Of a DNA stretch of 64,000 bases, positions 26,522 to 36,121 are shown piece by piece. Position 1 is the stretch's first letter. Every line of letters begins with the position of its first letter. The DNA lies in the NCBI GenBank assembly GCA_042569905.1, contig JBHPHA010000003.1, positions 2,471 through 66,470 on the forward strand, written 5' to 3'. The notes beneath the pieces are model-generated. The model did no database searches and was not told the DNA's origin. It saw only the letters and a program-made list of their open reading frames with translations. Position numbers and translations under genes: made by a program. Source of the DNA: Patescibacteria group bacterium (GTDB lineage Bacteria > Patescibacteriota > Minisyncoccia > Moranbacterales > UBA9337).

Positions 26522-28615
26522 TTACTTACGACCTTTCTTGTTGATTTTCTTTAAAAGAGTATCAATACCTTTCTCTCTTCTCAGGTCCTGCATCGCTCCA
26601 TCATTAATCCCCGCATGGAGTACATGATGTTTATCAGCATAAATACAATCTGCACTTAAATTATCCCTAGCATATTCAGCCAAAGACATTATTTGAGTGC
26701 TGAATAAAACACTGACACCAGCATTGCTAAGAGCTGTTAGAAGATCGACTCCGAGTTTAAATCCGGAGGACTCTTGAGTCCCAAGTCCGATTTCATCAAT
26801 AACAAAGACTATATTTTTGCCTTCGTATTTTTGAGCCACCTCCAAGATGTTCTTCATCTTATCAAGGATTAATTGACTCGTTGACCCAGCGCCTCTCTCA
26901 ACAAATACCATTCCTAACGCCTTTTTAATATTAAGCCGAAAGGTTGTTCCAAAAACAGGCAATCCACTTTGAGCTAAAAAGACATTATCAGTAACAGAAA
27001 GACTACTTACCGTCTTCCCTCCTCCATGCCTACCAGTCAGGCATAGCATCTGACCATTTAAATCAGGGAGTCCTTTTATTGCTTTCACCTCTTCAATGTC
27101 ATCACGACCCAGCAAGTGAACTGGGTAAATCTCTCCAAAGCTGACCACGTGATGATGATCTCCATCAAGAATTTCTGGAAAGCAGAGATTGATTCCCAAT
27201 TCTTCCGACTTGCGCTTAATGCACAGTGCTAGAGTTGCAACTTCACGCAACTTATCCATGTGACTGGAAAAAAAATCTCTATGAAACTTAATTGCCTCAT
27301 GTGTTGGACTCAGCTCTTGACTTGCATAAAAATTTTCAAGAGAAAACCATTTATGCTCTTCATCAGTATATGGAGATGGGAATTTGTGTGAACTTAAGAA
27401 AAAATCAGGAAAATTCTCACTGATTTGATGCTCAACATTAGAAATCTGCATCCTCCTTCTGTGTTCAGAAAACTCACTTTGCAATACTCCGCGAGCTGCA
27501 CGAATGCTTTTCAGCATCTCAAGGCTGTATCCCGCATGTTCCTCAAAATAGAACTTGTCACCTTTGTCTACTGTTGACTTTACGCTAGGGTCAAATCCAA
27601 GAATTTTGAGAATAAGACCCTTATCTGAATATGAAAAATATACCCGCAATGACCCTCCAGAAAAGTAATTTGAGTCAAGCTTCAGTTTGTTAATCAATTT
27701 CACTAGAGAGCTAGCTATATCACGCTTCAAGCCATCAGTCATATTATTAATAACCATGTCCCGATAGGCTTTTTGCCGCTCTTTCTCATTTAAGTCATCG
27801 ATTGATTTCTTCTTATAGATACCAAATCCTACCCAATTCAGGATGTTCCATTTATTGTACACCCATGGCGGATATGGATGACGCCTAGCATCAGATAATG
27901 CAAATGAATGCATTTTATGTCCGTGGACATGAGTAGAAAGCTTACTTCGATTAGATTCCATTTCCACCGCTTCGACCCGATACTGATACTGATACTCTTC
28001 TACATCTGCGCAATCTGCATCTTCAGACTTAGTATCAACTTTCTCGTCCTTAGGATTATGAACCGCCACAGGATTAAGAAAAACATCCGCCGAAACCACT
28101 CCTTCTATTACCGCGATAGTCTCAACTCTTTCAGAGATAATGGCGGCCATCTCTTTTTCTTTCTCCTCCAAGGGTAAACTTGACTTTAGAATACTTACCA
28201 AATCGTTTAATCGCTGAGATTTACTTCCGGCACATGCCGAAATAAAATCACGCACGGTTTTCCAATAGGGATTATGATCTTGTATTGGGTCAAAAAAATT
28301 GAGAAACTTATTTTTTTCATCAGGAATTTGACTTGCAACACTCTTATAGATAACGTGCTGCATTGCCTCGGGATTTTCAATAAAAAAACGAACTAGGTCC
28401 TGACGACCCTTTATTTCGTCTTTGTCACAAATCCCAAATGTATCTCTAAGATTATGACTAGCAACACCAAGTCCGCTCAAGATGTCCTCTTCAGTGAAAT
28501 CACCCTTATTGATTATTTCCAACTTTTCGGATTCCTTAAGATCTTTATTCCACAATAAAACATCTGGATAATCCACACCAAAAAAACTGTTTTTTTTCAA
28601 AACTTTTTTCTTCAT
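26522..28615 (-). CDS. MutS-family ATPase-domain protein without a mismatch-binding or Smr domain
   Basis: C-terminal LTGRHGGGKT (Walker A), FVIDEIGLGTQESSG (Walker B/DEIGRGT-like) and FSTQ (ATH-like). The roughly 480-aa N-terminal region is unrecognised. Confidence 0.6.
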   Translation of the reverse strand: MKKKVLKKNSFFGVDYPDVLLWNKDLKESEKLEIINKGDFTEEDILSGLGVASHNLRDTFGICDKDEIKGRQDLVRFFIENPEAMQHVIYKSVASQIPDEKNKFLNFFDPIQDHNPYWKTVRDFISACAGSKSQRLNDLVSILKSSLPLEEKEKEMAAIISERVETIAVIEGVVSADVFLNPVAVHNPKDEKVDTKSEDADCADVEEYQYQYRVEAVEMESNRSKLSTHVHGHKMHSFALSDARRHPYPPWVYNKWNILNWVGFGIYKKKSIDDLNEKERQKAYRDMVINNMTDGLKRDIASSLVKLINKLKLDSNYFSGGSLRVYFSYSDKGLILKILGFDPSVKSTVDKGDKFYFEEHAGYSLEMLKSIRAARGVLQSEFSEHRRRMQISNVEHQISENFPDFFLSSHKFPSPYTDEEHKWFSLENFYASQELSPTHEAIKFHRDFFSSHMDKLREVATLALCIKRKSEELGINLCFPEILDGDHHHVVSFGEIYPVHLLGRDDIEEVKAIKGLPDLNGQMLCLTGRHGGGKTVSSLSVTDNVFLAQSGLPVFGTTFRLNIKKALGMVFVERGAGSTSQLILDKMKNILEVAQKYEGKNIVFVIDEIGLGTQESSGFKLGVDLLTALSNAGVSVLFSTQIMSLAEYARDNLSADCIYADKHHVLHAGINDGAMQDLRREKGIDTLLKKINKKGRK

Positions 28616-28717
28616 TACAGCAGTCTCCTTTTAACTATTTTGATTGTTAAAAAACTCCTTGATACACTTTAGTATCATATTAACCTACCTCTTTGTGGAT
28701 ATTTTGTCAATAGGAAT

Positions 28718-28750
28718 TAAAAAAAGAGTGCAGATTTTTATCTACACTCT
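28718..28750 (-). terminator. rho-independent terminator
   Basis: AGAGTGTAGA / TCTGCACTCT stem followed by a T run on the minus strand. Confidence 0.65.
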
Positions 28751-28781
28751 TACAAATAGCCAATATAGTTATACTGGTTAC

Positions 28782-29849
28782 TTAAAAATATTTATTATAT
28801 AAGCTCTCCTTGATTTCAGGATTTTTCACAATAATGCGATTAACTTTTTCCCGCAATTCGCTACCTTCGGGAAAGGCAAATGCATAGTTGTGCTTGTGAA
28901 ATACTTTATTAGAAACAACTAATCCAGAATCTGGATTATCCTTAATATAGCTCAGAAGTCCCGGTAAGTCATATATTACAACATCAATATCATCATCCTT
29001 GAGGCTTTTATATGCTGCTTCGATAGTTGGGAATACTTTTGGCCTAATTCCTGCTTCCACCAAGGTGTCACTAGAAAAACCTACTTTTGTGCCGACCCTC
29101 AGCTCTTTGAGATCAGAATAGCTAGAAATATTGAATTTGACATTATCTGCAGAGAGATCTGAAGATATTTGCCCAATTGACAGGCCACAAAGACTTAATC
29201 CAATAGGAATTATAAAGATAGCTGTAAATTGTCTCCCTAAAAATGTCTTTGGAATAACCCCTCCATATCCAACAGTAGATCCAGTAACTTCAATGAACCA
29301 GATTGAATCAAACATAGCCAACCAGATGCCGAGTCCGTGCAAAACACCACCTCTTCTTCTTTCAAGAAAAAATATAACGCTCGCTGAAAAAAGAAGAAAT
29401 ATCAAAAATGTTTTAAATGTTTTTATTGTCCTCTTACTGAAACTAGGGAGGATGTTATCATTCTCGCCCATCATACTTCCCAATCCTGCCTCAAATGTCG
29501 GATGACTAAAATCAACTCGCTCCTCGCGATCACCAGCAACTGAAATTCCGCCTATCGCCACATCGCATTCTTTGCGCTCAAGACAAGTAATTTTCTCCTC
29601 AACACTGCTTAGTATCTTATATGAGACATTAGAAATTCCCATCTTCTCAGCTGCCTCATTCCAATACTCAACTGAATAACCTCCAGCTACAAAAGCTACT
29701 TCTCCATCCTTGACATAAATCTTGACAAACGGATAGTAGTGACTAACACCCACAACAATAGCTTCATCGTTATTATCTTGCTGAGCAAGCGCTATCATCG
29801 GACTAGCTAAGAATAAAATTATCAGTAGAACTTTAACATAAAATTTCAT
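28782..29849 (-). CDS. GluR0-type ligand-gated K+ channel (solute-binding domain interrupted by a pore module)
   Basis: Signal peptide. SBP type-3 lobe (DVAIGGISVAGDREERVDFSHP), M1 helix, selectivity filter TGSTVGYGG, M2 helix, then the second SBP lobe. Confidence 0.7.
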   Translation of the reverse strand: MKFYVKVLLIILFLASPMIALAQQDNNDEAIVVGVSHYYPFVKIYVKDGEVAFVAGGYSVEYWNEAAEKMGISNVSYKILSSVEEKITCLERKECDVAIGGISVAGDREERVDFSHPTFEAGLGSMMGENDNILPSFSKRTIKTFKTFLIFLLFSASVIFFLERRRGGVLHGLGIWLAMFDSIWFIEVTGSTVGYGGVIPKTFLGRQFTAIFIIPIGLSLCGLSIGQISSDLSADNVKFNISSYSDLKELRVGTKVGFSSDTLVEAGIRPKVFPTIEAAYKSLKDDDIDVVIYDLPGLLSYIKDNPDSGLVVSNKVFHKHNYAFAFPEGSELREKVNRIIVKNPEIKESLYNKYF

Positions 29850-29883
29850 TTTCTGCTCTCCTCTTTTCTTGATTTTTTATTAT

Positions 29884-30264
29884 TTACTCAACATGAAACC
29901 TTATTGTTTTGCTTCCAGCCGTCGCTTCTGTTCGAATGGTTCTTTGTAACGAAGGCTCGAACGTTTTTTCTAGCGTATTTCCATAAGCAAGTATCTTAGT
30001 AGCATAGATAACGCTAGCCAACCTATCAGCCTCTCTTTGCCCAAATGCATTTACTGAAAAAAATAATAAATCGCTGCTGCACGGACAATACTTATAGAAA
30101 TAAAAGAATTCCTCGCGCGGTTTTTTATCTGCATTACGCACCTCAGGGTCCGAAATAAACGCCAACGCGTCACTCATCATCCCGCAATGCTTAAGCTCGC
30201 AAAAACCCCAACCCATAGCAAACATGCCTACAATCATTACAAGCCTAGTCATTAAATCTTCCAT
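29884..30264 (-). CDS. hypothetical protein (126 aa)
   Basis: ORF with AAGGAG upstream. Confidence 0.5.
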   Translation of the reverse strand: MEDLMTRLVMIVGMFAMGWGFCELKHCGMMSDALAFISDPEVRNADKKPREEFFYFYKYCPCSSDLLFFSVNAFGQREADRLASVIYATKILAYGNTLEKTFEPSLQRTIRTEATAGSKTIRFHVE

Positions 30265-30586
30265 CGATTTTCTCCTTTTTGATTATATTTTTGTTAAGTT
30301 ACTATCTTGTCTAATTTGACTCTCAATGTTACTACATTTTCATAAAAATGTCAAGGCAAAAACCAGTAATCACTGCCCGACCCCTCACATTTTTAGATTT
30401 CCCGCTTAAACCAAATAAGGAAAATGCAAACTTGAGCATAAACAAAAAAAGCACGAGGAAATCACCCCTTGCTTTTTTTATTTTATTATATATCAGCACC
30501 ACCAATCAACTACTCAGATCCTCCTTTAGTATAGAAATATCCTTCCATTTTGCCTTCTGGTTTCATGATTTTTTATTAAAATTAAA

Positions 30587-31675
30587 CTATTCAATAAATA
30601 ATCCAGTGTCTGAATCCCAATCCTTATCACAGTCTAGTCCAGTAGCCTCTAGGATTGTATCCCAACCGACAATGGCAACAGACTTGTCATCATCAACTGC
30701 AGCAAATAAACCTTCTGAGTACCCCCTAAGACTGTCTTGGATTGAAGCAATTCCATCCGTATTTCCAACACCCTCTATTCTTAGAGTTCCCAGGTGCCTC
30801 CACTTTATTCTGTCAAAAAATTCAAAATCAGTTTCACTTCCTCTCTGGTCGGCCACAATAATAAATCCTCTTCCCTTATCTTTATCATTGCTATCTAAGC
30901 ACTTATACATCGTAATCCCTTCTTCATCTCTATCAAAAACATCTTTTCTCCCAAAATAGTTCTTTCCTTTATATTTATATTTTCTGCCATCTGGTTTATA
31001 AGCATACACTCCGGGCTTTTTTGCATCTCCTCCATCCTCCTCAGGAATATAAACAGCTTTATGGTAACTATCCACCATAATTGTTTCCATACTCCTATTT
31101 GATGGATCGATTGTTTCTTCTAAGTCACCAGTTTCAGCGTCAAAAGCATATACATATTCATTATCCGTTACATAAACCCACACTTGATCCCGTCCTCTTC
31201 TCTTCCAATGATAGATATCAAGACTATTTTCTCCCTCTCCAATTATTCCACTTCCGAATCTTCTCAATTCTTCTTTTTCAGGTAATGAATATACGATAAC
31301 TTCTCTATTTATTGAATCAGTTACAAAAAGTTCATCATTTTTCTGATCAACAGCCACACCATTTGGGCGACCATCAATTCTGATTGAACTCCTCTCATTT
31401 CCTTTAAAAGGATACCTCCAAACTTCTACTCTTTCATTCCCCTTAGCAGTCACAAACATCAAGGTCTTGTCGCGATTCTTATTCTCCCAAAAAGCAACTG
31501 AATCAATATTCCTACCCCTTCCGTCAAGCTTAAAATCCGGTGCTACTGTAACCATATCAAACTCCTTGAATCGCTTAGCTTCTGAGAAATATACTCCAAA
31601 AAATTGATATCCAAACAAGCTCAAAAAGACTCCAGAAATTAAAGTAATTAGAATCGCTTTTTTATATTTTTTCAT
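30587..31675 (-). CDS. secreted beta-propeller protein, phytase-like (BPP-type)
   Basis: Signal/anchor helix. DSVAFWEN..., NGVAVD, LFVTD, YIPEEDGG and TDGIAS segments resemble beta-propeller phytase blocks. Confidence 0.45.
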   Translation of the reverse strand: MKKYKKAILITLISGVFLSLFGYQFFGVYFSEAKRFKEFDMVTVAPDFKLDGRGRNIDSVAFWENKNRDKTLMFVTAKGNERVEVWRYPFKGNERSSIRIDGRPNGVAVDQKNDELFVTDSINREVIVYSLPEKEELRRFGSGIIGEGENSLDIYHWKRRGRDQVWVYVTDNEYVYAFDAETGDLEETIDPSNRSMETIMVDSYHKAVYIPEEDGGDAKKPGVYAYKPDGRKYKYKGKNYFGRKDVFDRDEEGITMYKCLDSNDKDKGRGFIIVADQRGSETDFEFFDRIKWRHLGTLRIEGVGNTDGIASIQDSLRGYSEGLFAAVDDDKSVAIVGWDTILEATGLDCDKDWDSDTGLFIE

Positions 31676-31888
31676 ATTTATTTTTTCATTTCATTTATTA
31701 CAAGTTTATAAATAAAAACCCAAAAACTATTCGCTAGTTTTATGGGCATACAAAAGATATTCAATTATTCAGGATAGTAACGATCTCTAAGATTCCAACC
31801 AAATTTACCTCTAACATTACTATACCATAAAAATACGTTTACTCAAAAACGCGCCTTATCAGTATCAGTAGGCTTATCCTAAAAAATT

Positions 31889-31921
31889 AAAAATGACCTG
31901 CTGCTATTAGCAACAGGCCGC
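31889..31921 (-). terminator. rho-independent terminator ending the cassette array
   Basis: GGCCTGTTGC / GCAGCAGGTC stem followed by a T run on the minus strand. Confidence 0.6.
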
Positions 31922-31939
31922 ACTTCATCTCGAATAGCC

Positions 31940-32335
31940 CTATGGATCAACTACTTCAAGTATCTCGGTTATTTTAACCCTATCTGATTCATTTGGAAGA
32001 TTATCGATCAAGAATATTTGTTCTTTCCCCACATCATTCCTAAAGATTATATACCGATAAAATGAAATACTTTTTGGCAAGTATTTTTTCACTTGATAAG
32101 CCCTACTATCTGAACATCTGTCCAGGTATTCAGATCTCTTATCAATGCAAAATACAGCTTCCACGGGGATTTCAAACTCCCTCCAATTTCTAGGATTATT
32201 CATGTCTTGCATTGTTTTCATCACTTCATCCATGTTGCCGACTTCATCAATGTACATAAGCTTTTCCATCTTCTGAGCACAGCCCCAGAAACAGCAACAA
32301 AAAACAATCAACAAGAAAACTCCTACCTTTTTCAT
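31940..32335 (-). CDS. putative lipoprotein (131 aa); distal cassette
   Basis: N-terminus MKKVGVFLLIVFCCCFWGC looks like a signal peptide with a lipobox. Confidence 0.55.
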   Translation of the reverse strand: MKKVGVFLLIVFCCCFWGCAQKMEKLMYIDEVGNMDEVMKTMQDMNNPRNWREFEIPVEAVFCIDKRSEYLDRCSDSRAYQVKKYLPKSISFYRYIIFRNDVGKEQIFLIDNLPNESDRVKITEILEVVDP

Positions 32336-32418
32336 AAACCCTCCTCTTTTTAGTCTTCAATAAAATTGATAAACAAGTTCTAAATTCACAACAAACTGCG
32401 TCAAATTAATGACCATGT

Positions 32419-32636
32419 ATCCTACCACATCTCCACACTAAGTCAACTCTCAGCTAGAATTCTCCCCGCCCTTACTAAAAAATAATCCATAGTAACTATT
32501 TTTCTTTCGAAATTAAATATGTATTTAAATACCTATTTAATTCTAAAAATTCACAAAACAAAAAAGCACGTATCATTAGCACACCTCTTTGATATCTTGC
32601 ACGGACTTGTAGAGGAAGTCAGAACTGTTTTTGAAA
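32419..32636 (-). repeat. tRNA-Trp-associated repeat, copy A1 (distal and most degenerate, with an internal insertion)
   Basis: TTGCACGGACTTGTAGAGGAAGTCAGAACTGTTTTTGAA (32597..32636) matches copies A2-A4. The promoter part GTCAACTCTCAGCTAGAATTCTCC matches A4. TTGACT, 16 nt, TAGGAT promoter. Confidence 0.7.
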
Positions 32637-32666
32637 ATAATCTAAATTTAAATAACTATTAGTCCT

Positions 32667-33311
32667 TTACTTTAAGTTTGTTATTTTATTAAATATCTCC
32701 TCTGCTATAATCCTGTGAGATTCTGGATCCAAGTGAACCCCATCTTTCAAGCTTGGCTCAACTAGCTCTTGCAAATTAACAAATTCAGCACCATATTTCC
32801 CGGCTACCAATTGAAGTTCTTTTGGTAGCTGCTTGATTTTTTTAGTTGAATTACCCAATCTCCATTCTATTGCACATTCAATTGTGTCGTTTACTTCTGA
32901 AGGGCAAATCAAAATTATTTTAGGTACCCCATCCTCACCATTATAAGCATTTTCTTGAACAATTTTCACCAATTCCTCGCATCTACTCGCTACATCTTTA
33001 GCGGTTAACGATTTATCCTTAAAATCGTTAGTTCCTAAGTTAATAATTACAATATCAAAAGGACTATGAGATTTTATACAAGGAGCTAAATATGTTTTAC
33101 CGTTTTTTTCGAGATTATTTAAATCATTAAGCATAGCAAATCTGCCGCCTAGTCCTTCCTCGATTATCTCATAATTATTTCCTAGCAAGTTCTGCAATAA
33201 ACCTGTCCATCTTACATTAACAGGATAACGCTTAAATGTTTCTGGATTCACTCCATAAGTATTAGAATCTCCATAACATAAAACTCTGATTGCATTTGGA
33301 TTTGTATTCAT
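32667..33311 (-). CDS. SGNH/GDSL-family hydrolase
   Basis: Block I VLCYGDSNTYG, block III GTND and block V DGVHL. Confidence 0.8.
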   Translation of the reverse strand: MNTNPNAIRVLCYGDSNTYGVNPETFKRYPVNVRWTGLLQNLLGNNYEIIEEGLGGRFAMLNDLNNLEKNGKTYLAPCIKSHSPFDIVIINLGTNDFKDKSLTAKDVASRCEELVKIVQENAYNGEDGVPKIILICPSEVNDTIECAIEWRLGNSTKKIKQLPKELQLVAGKYGAEFVNLQELVEPSLKDGVHLDPESHRIIAEEIFNKITNLK

Positions 33312-33344
33312 AATTCTATAAATTTAAATTTGTTTTATGTCTTA

Positions 33345-33455
33345 ATCTTATCACAAAAAGCCCTAATTACACGAGCCCCTATACAAAAACAAGGCTTTAT
33401 AAAGCCTTGTTTTTAACTTGGCACGGGCTCGTAGAGGAAGTTAGAACTATTTTTG
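33345..33455 (-). repeat. tRNA-Trp-associated repeat, copy A2
   Basis: Perfect 30-nt palindromic terminator at 33385..33414. AACTTGGCACGGGCTCGTAGAGGAAGTTAGAACT. Extended -10 TGATAAGAT. Confidence 0.8.
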
Positions 33456-33507
33456 TGGAAAATAAAAAATGAGAGGATGATTTTCCTCTCATTTAAATTT
33501 TTTATAT

Positions 33508-34293
33508 TCATACACTAATTGCAGGATTTTTCAAAGCTTCTCTTAAATACCCTGCGTATTCCACATCCTCTGATCCATAGCAGGCGCTCACTTCAACCTC
33601 ATCTGCGGATAAATCTGCACCCCCACGCCAATCAGTAATATATGACCAAGAATCTTGAGTTATAATCCTTATAAGATTTCTAGTCTTCTTCTTTGGATCA
33701 TTTACTAATTGATCTGAAGTAGGATCAACTAAAATAATACCTTTTTGAGCACCCATTCTCAATACAAAAGGAATTAGCACATATGCATGATCATACGTAC
33801 TAGTACACGCCTTGACTGCAGAAGCTACCCCCGCCTCCCAAAATGCGATTAACAAATTTCTTGCGGAAATACCACAACAACCATTAGGAAAGCTACCTCT
33901 CATAGCGTTATATTTCCCAAGTATATAATGACAATAGGATATTTGATACATCTCTGAAATACTCATTGCCATATCCTCTATGTCATCATACAGACTTGCT
34001 GTTGGTTTTGTTATTTCTCCAAAAAACTCACTGCTAACACCCTTAGCATTTCCTATTGAGCCAATATTTGAATACCTTCTTAATAAATTATTACAAGCGG
34101 CAAGAAACTCCTCACCCTCTCCTAAGTCAATTTCCGATAATTTTGTTCCAAAAAAGTTATCCATTGCAAGTTCAAGAGATCTAACATCAATACGCAAGGG
34201 ATTTTTTTTAAAAAAAGAATCAGGATTATTAGACACAGGGAAAGCGGGGAAATTATTTCTACGGTGAATAACTTTGAATTGCGACATCCTCAC
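33508..34293 (-). CDS. hypothetical protein with a possible Cys-His-Asp (papain/transglutaminase-like) triad
   Basis: NGCCGISARNL ... YDHAYVLIP ... LVDPTSD, in the order expected for such folds. This is a weak call. Confidence 0.5.
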   Translation of the reverse strand: MRMSQFKVIHRRNNFPAFPVSNNPDSFFKKNPLRIDVRSLELAMDNFFGTKLSEIDLGEGEEFLAACNNLLRRYSNIGSIGNAKGVSSEFFGEITKPTASLYDDIEDMAMSISEMYQISYCHYILGKYNAMRGSFPNGCCGISARNLLIAFWEAGVASAVKACTSTYDHAYVLIPFVLRMGAQKGIILVDPTSDQLVNDPKKKTRNLIRIITQDSWSYITDWRGGADLSADEVEVSACYGSEDVEYAGYLREALKNPAISV

Positions 34294-34361
34294 ACCTCTC
34301 TATAATTGTTGATTGTTATGTACCATTATAAATGTTAAATTAACTACCATATTGAGAGTTA

Positions 34362-34485
34362 ATCCTACCCCATCCCGCCCGAAAAATCAACCTCTCAATC
34401 CGAATTGTCCCCTCTCCTATACAAAAAAGGCTCTATAAAGCCTTGTTTTTAATTTGCACGGGCTCGTAGAGGAAGTTAGAACTAT
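34362..34485 (-). repeat. tRNA-Trp-associated repeat, copy A3
   Basis: AATTTGCACGGG exact at 34451..34462. Terminator hairpin at 34421..34450. TTGATT, 17 nt, TAGGAT promoter. Confidence 0.8.
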
Positions 34486-34609
34486 TTTAATGAAACAACA
34501 AATAAGAAATTTGTAATAAAAAAAGCAAGTAATAAAAAAGTCTATTACTTGCTCAGTATTGATATGTACATTCTACACGGTATTTTTATCTCTTTGTAGC
34601 TATTTCTAT

Positions 34610-35359
34610 CTAACTACCCCCCCCCATAGCAATATTCTCCCAAATTTTTTGACACTCAACAATCTTGCGATACTTTCCCGTTGAAAACAATAAGAGCAGC
34701 TGGGAATCAAATTCTTTTTCACCCATATTTTTACACAGGCCTTTTGAAAAACTACTTTCTTCATAACCCCAATCCCAAACAGACTGACAATTACGCAAAT
34801 AGGCTGATCTTTCAAGATCCCAAATTAATTCACAAGCTTTTTGAGAAAGCTCCTTTCCTTGACCCCTCATAGCCCGAAATGACTCTTTCTGAGTAGCAAT
34901 TGCCCATTTCTTATAATGATCATACTCGTGATCAATCACAAGGAAAAAATCAAGTATCTGCTTCTCCGTCTCAATACACAATAATCGATGTGCATTAAGA
35001 ATCATCACAGGGTATACCTCGCTATCATCAAGAAAACGTCCTTCAATAGGCTTAACTTTTTTAGCTGGCCACTCTTCAAAAGCACCACCACTCAGCCGAT
35101 CAAATACAAGGATTATTTCTCCTTTATCAAACAATCCATTGAGATTATCTCGTATCTTTCTATTTGGATGATAACTTATTATACTCCTCAACACCTCCCT
35201 AGCTCTCAATTCAATGTCATCATCCGAAGCAGAACATTGCAGACCAATCTCCTTCACAATCAAATCGATATCAGGTCTACCAGACACTTGAGAAAGCGCT
35301 ACGGCACACCAACTCATACAAAAAACACTAACCACTAAGAAAGCTATTGCTCTTCCCAT
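34610..35359 (-). CDS. secreted protein with an HExxH motif (possible zinc metallopeptidase)
   Basis: Signal peptide MGRAIAFLVVSVFCMSWCAVALS. HEYDH motif. Own promoter (TTGACG, 17 nt, TAGTAT) and GAGGAGG Shine-Dalgarno sequence. Confidence 0.5.
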   Translation of the reverse strand: MGRAIAFLVVSVFCMSWCAVALSQVSGRPDIDLIVKEIGLQCSASDDDIELRAREVLRSIISYHPNRKIRDNLNGLFDKGEIILVFDRLSGGAFEEWPAKKVKPIEGRFLDDSEVYPVMILNAHRLLCIETEKQILDFFLVIDHEYDHYKKWAIATQKESFRAMRGQGKELSQKACELIWDLERSAYLRNCQSVWDWGYEESSFSKGLCKNMGEKEFDSQLLLLFSTGKYRKIVECQKIWENIAMGGGS

Positions 35360-35503
35360 AAAACTTCCTCCTCACTCTTTGCTTTTAATGGACAATAAAA
35401 CCCCTGTCTAACTCAAAGAACAACAACCAATACTACTACCTTTTCTGATTTTCGTCAACTTGTCAAATCAAAAAAATACAATTACCCACCCATTTTTACA
35501 TTC

Positions 35504-35537
35504 AAAAAAAACGGCTCAGCATTTGCTTCACCGTTTT
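35504..35537 (-). terminator. rho-independent terminator
   Basis: AACGGTGAAGCA / TGCTGAGCCGTT stem followed by a T run on the minus strand. Confidence 0.6.
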
Positions 35538-35544
35538 AAAACAA

Positions 35545-35877
35545 TCATCCAGCAAAAAGATTATCAAGATGACTCTCGCAATTTGCAACCCTTCGCACAA
35601 AAACACGAACTCCTGGTCTATATACAAACAGTCGATTCGCTTCCATCGCTTTTTTTAGCAATTTCTCTGGATTGTTCATTAAAACATTTCCCTCGATGTC
35701 CTCTGTTGCAATAATTCTTCTACCCTCCCTCTTAACAGTGAACTTCGGGCCCAAACACAACTCATTCTCCTTGCAAGGGATAACCTCAAAATAGACCTCC
35801 TCTTCAACAATCTCTCGCATTTGAACAATACAACACCTTCGAACCTCTGCCATAGCACTATCAAATGAATCCGTCAT
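35545..35877 (-). CDS. hypothetical protein (110 aa)
   Basis: The start is moved to the ATG at 35877, preceded by GAGGGAG. The track ORF extends to 35955. Confidence 0.5.
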   Translation of the reverse strand: MTDSFDSAMAEVRRCCIVQMREIVEEEVYFEVIPCKENELCLGPKFTVKREGRRIIATEDIEGNVLMNNPEKLLKKAMEANRLFVYRPGVRVFVRRVANCESHLDNLFAG

Positions 35878-35945
35878 TTTTTCACTCCCTCTATTTAATC
35901 GGTTTAATGATAGCCATCCACTTCTTGTTAAGAATACTTTCCAAA

Positions 35946-36078
35946 ATTCTATCACAATTTACCAAAAGAGTCAACCTCTCAGATCTAATTCTCTCCATTC
36001 CTATACAAAAACAAGGCCCTGCAAGGCCTTGTTTTTAATTTGCACGGGATCGTAGATGAAGTTAAAACTGTTTTTGAA
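35946..36078 (-). repeat. tRNA-Trp-associated repeat, copy A4
   Basis: AATTTGCACGGG exact at 36037..36048. Perfect hairpin at 36007..36036. TTGACT (35969..35974), 17 nt, TAGAAT (35946..35951). Confidence 0.8.
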
Positions 36079-36121
36079 GGAAATAGTGACATTTAAAAAT
36101 CAAACTAAAACTATTCAATTC

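Noticed and set aside
30348-30959. 203-aa plus-strand ORF overlapping the phytase-like gene
   Set aside because: The product is low-complexity and Ser/Leu/Pro-rich, there is no Shine-Dalgarno sequence, and it lies antisense to a well-supported minus-strand gene. It is probably spurious.
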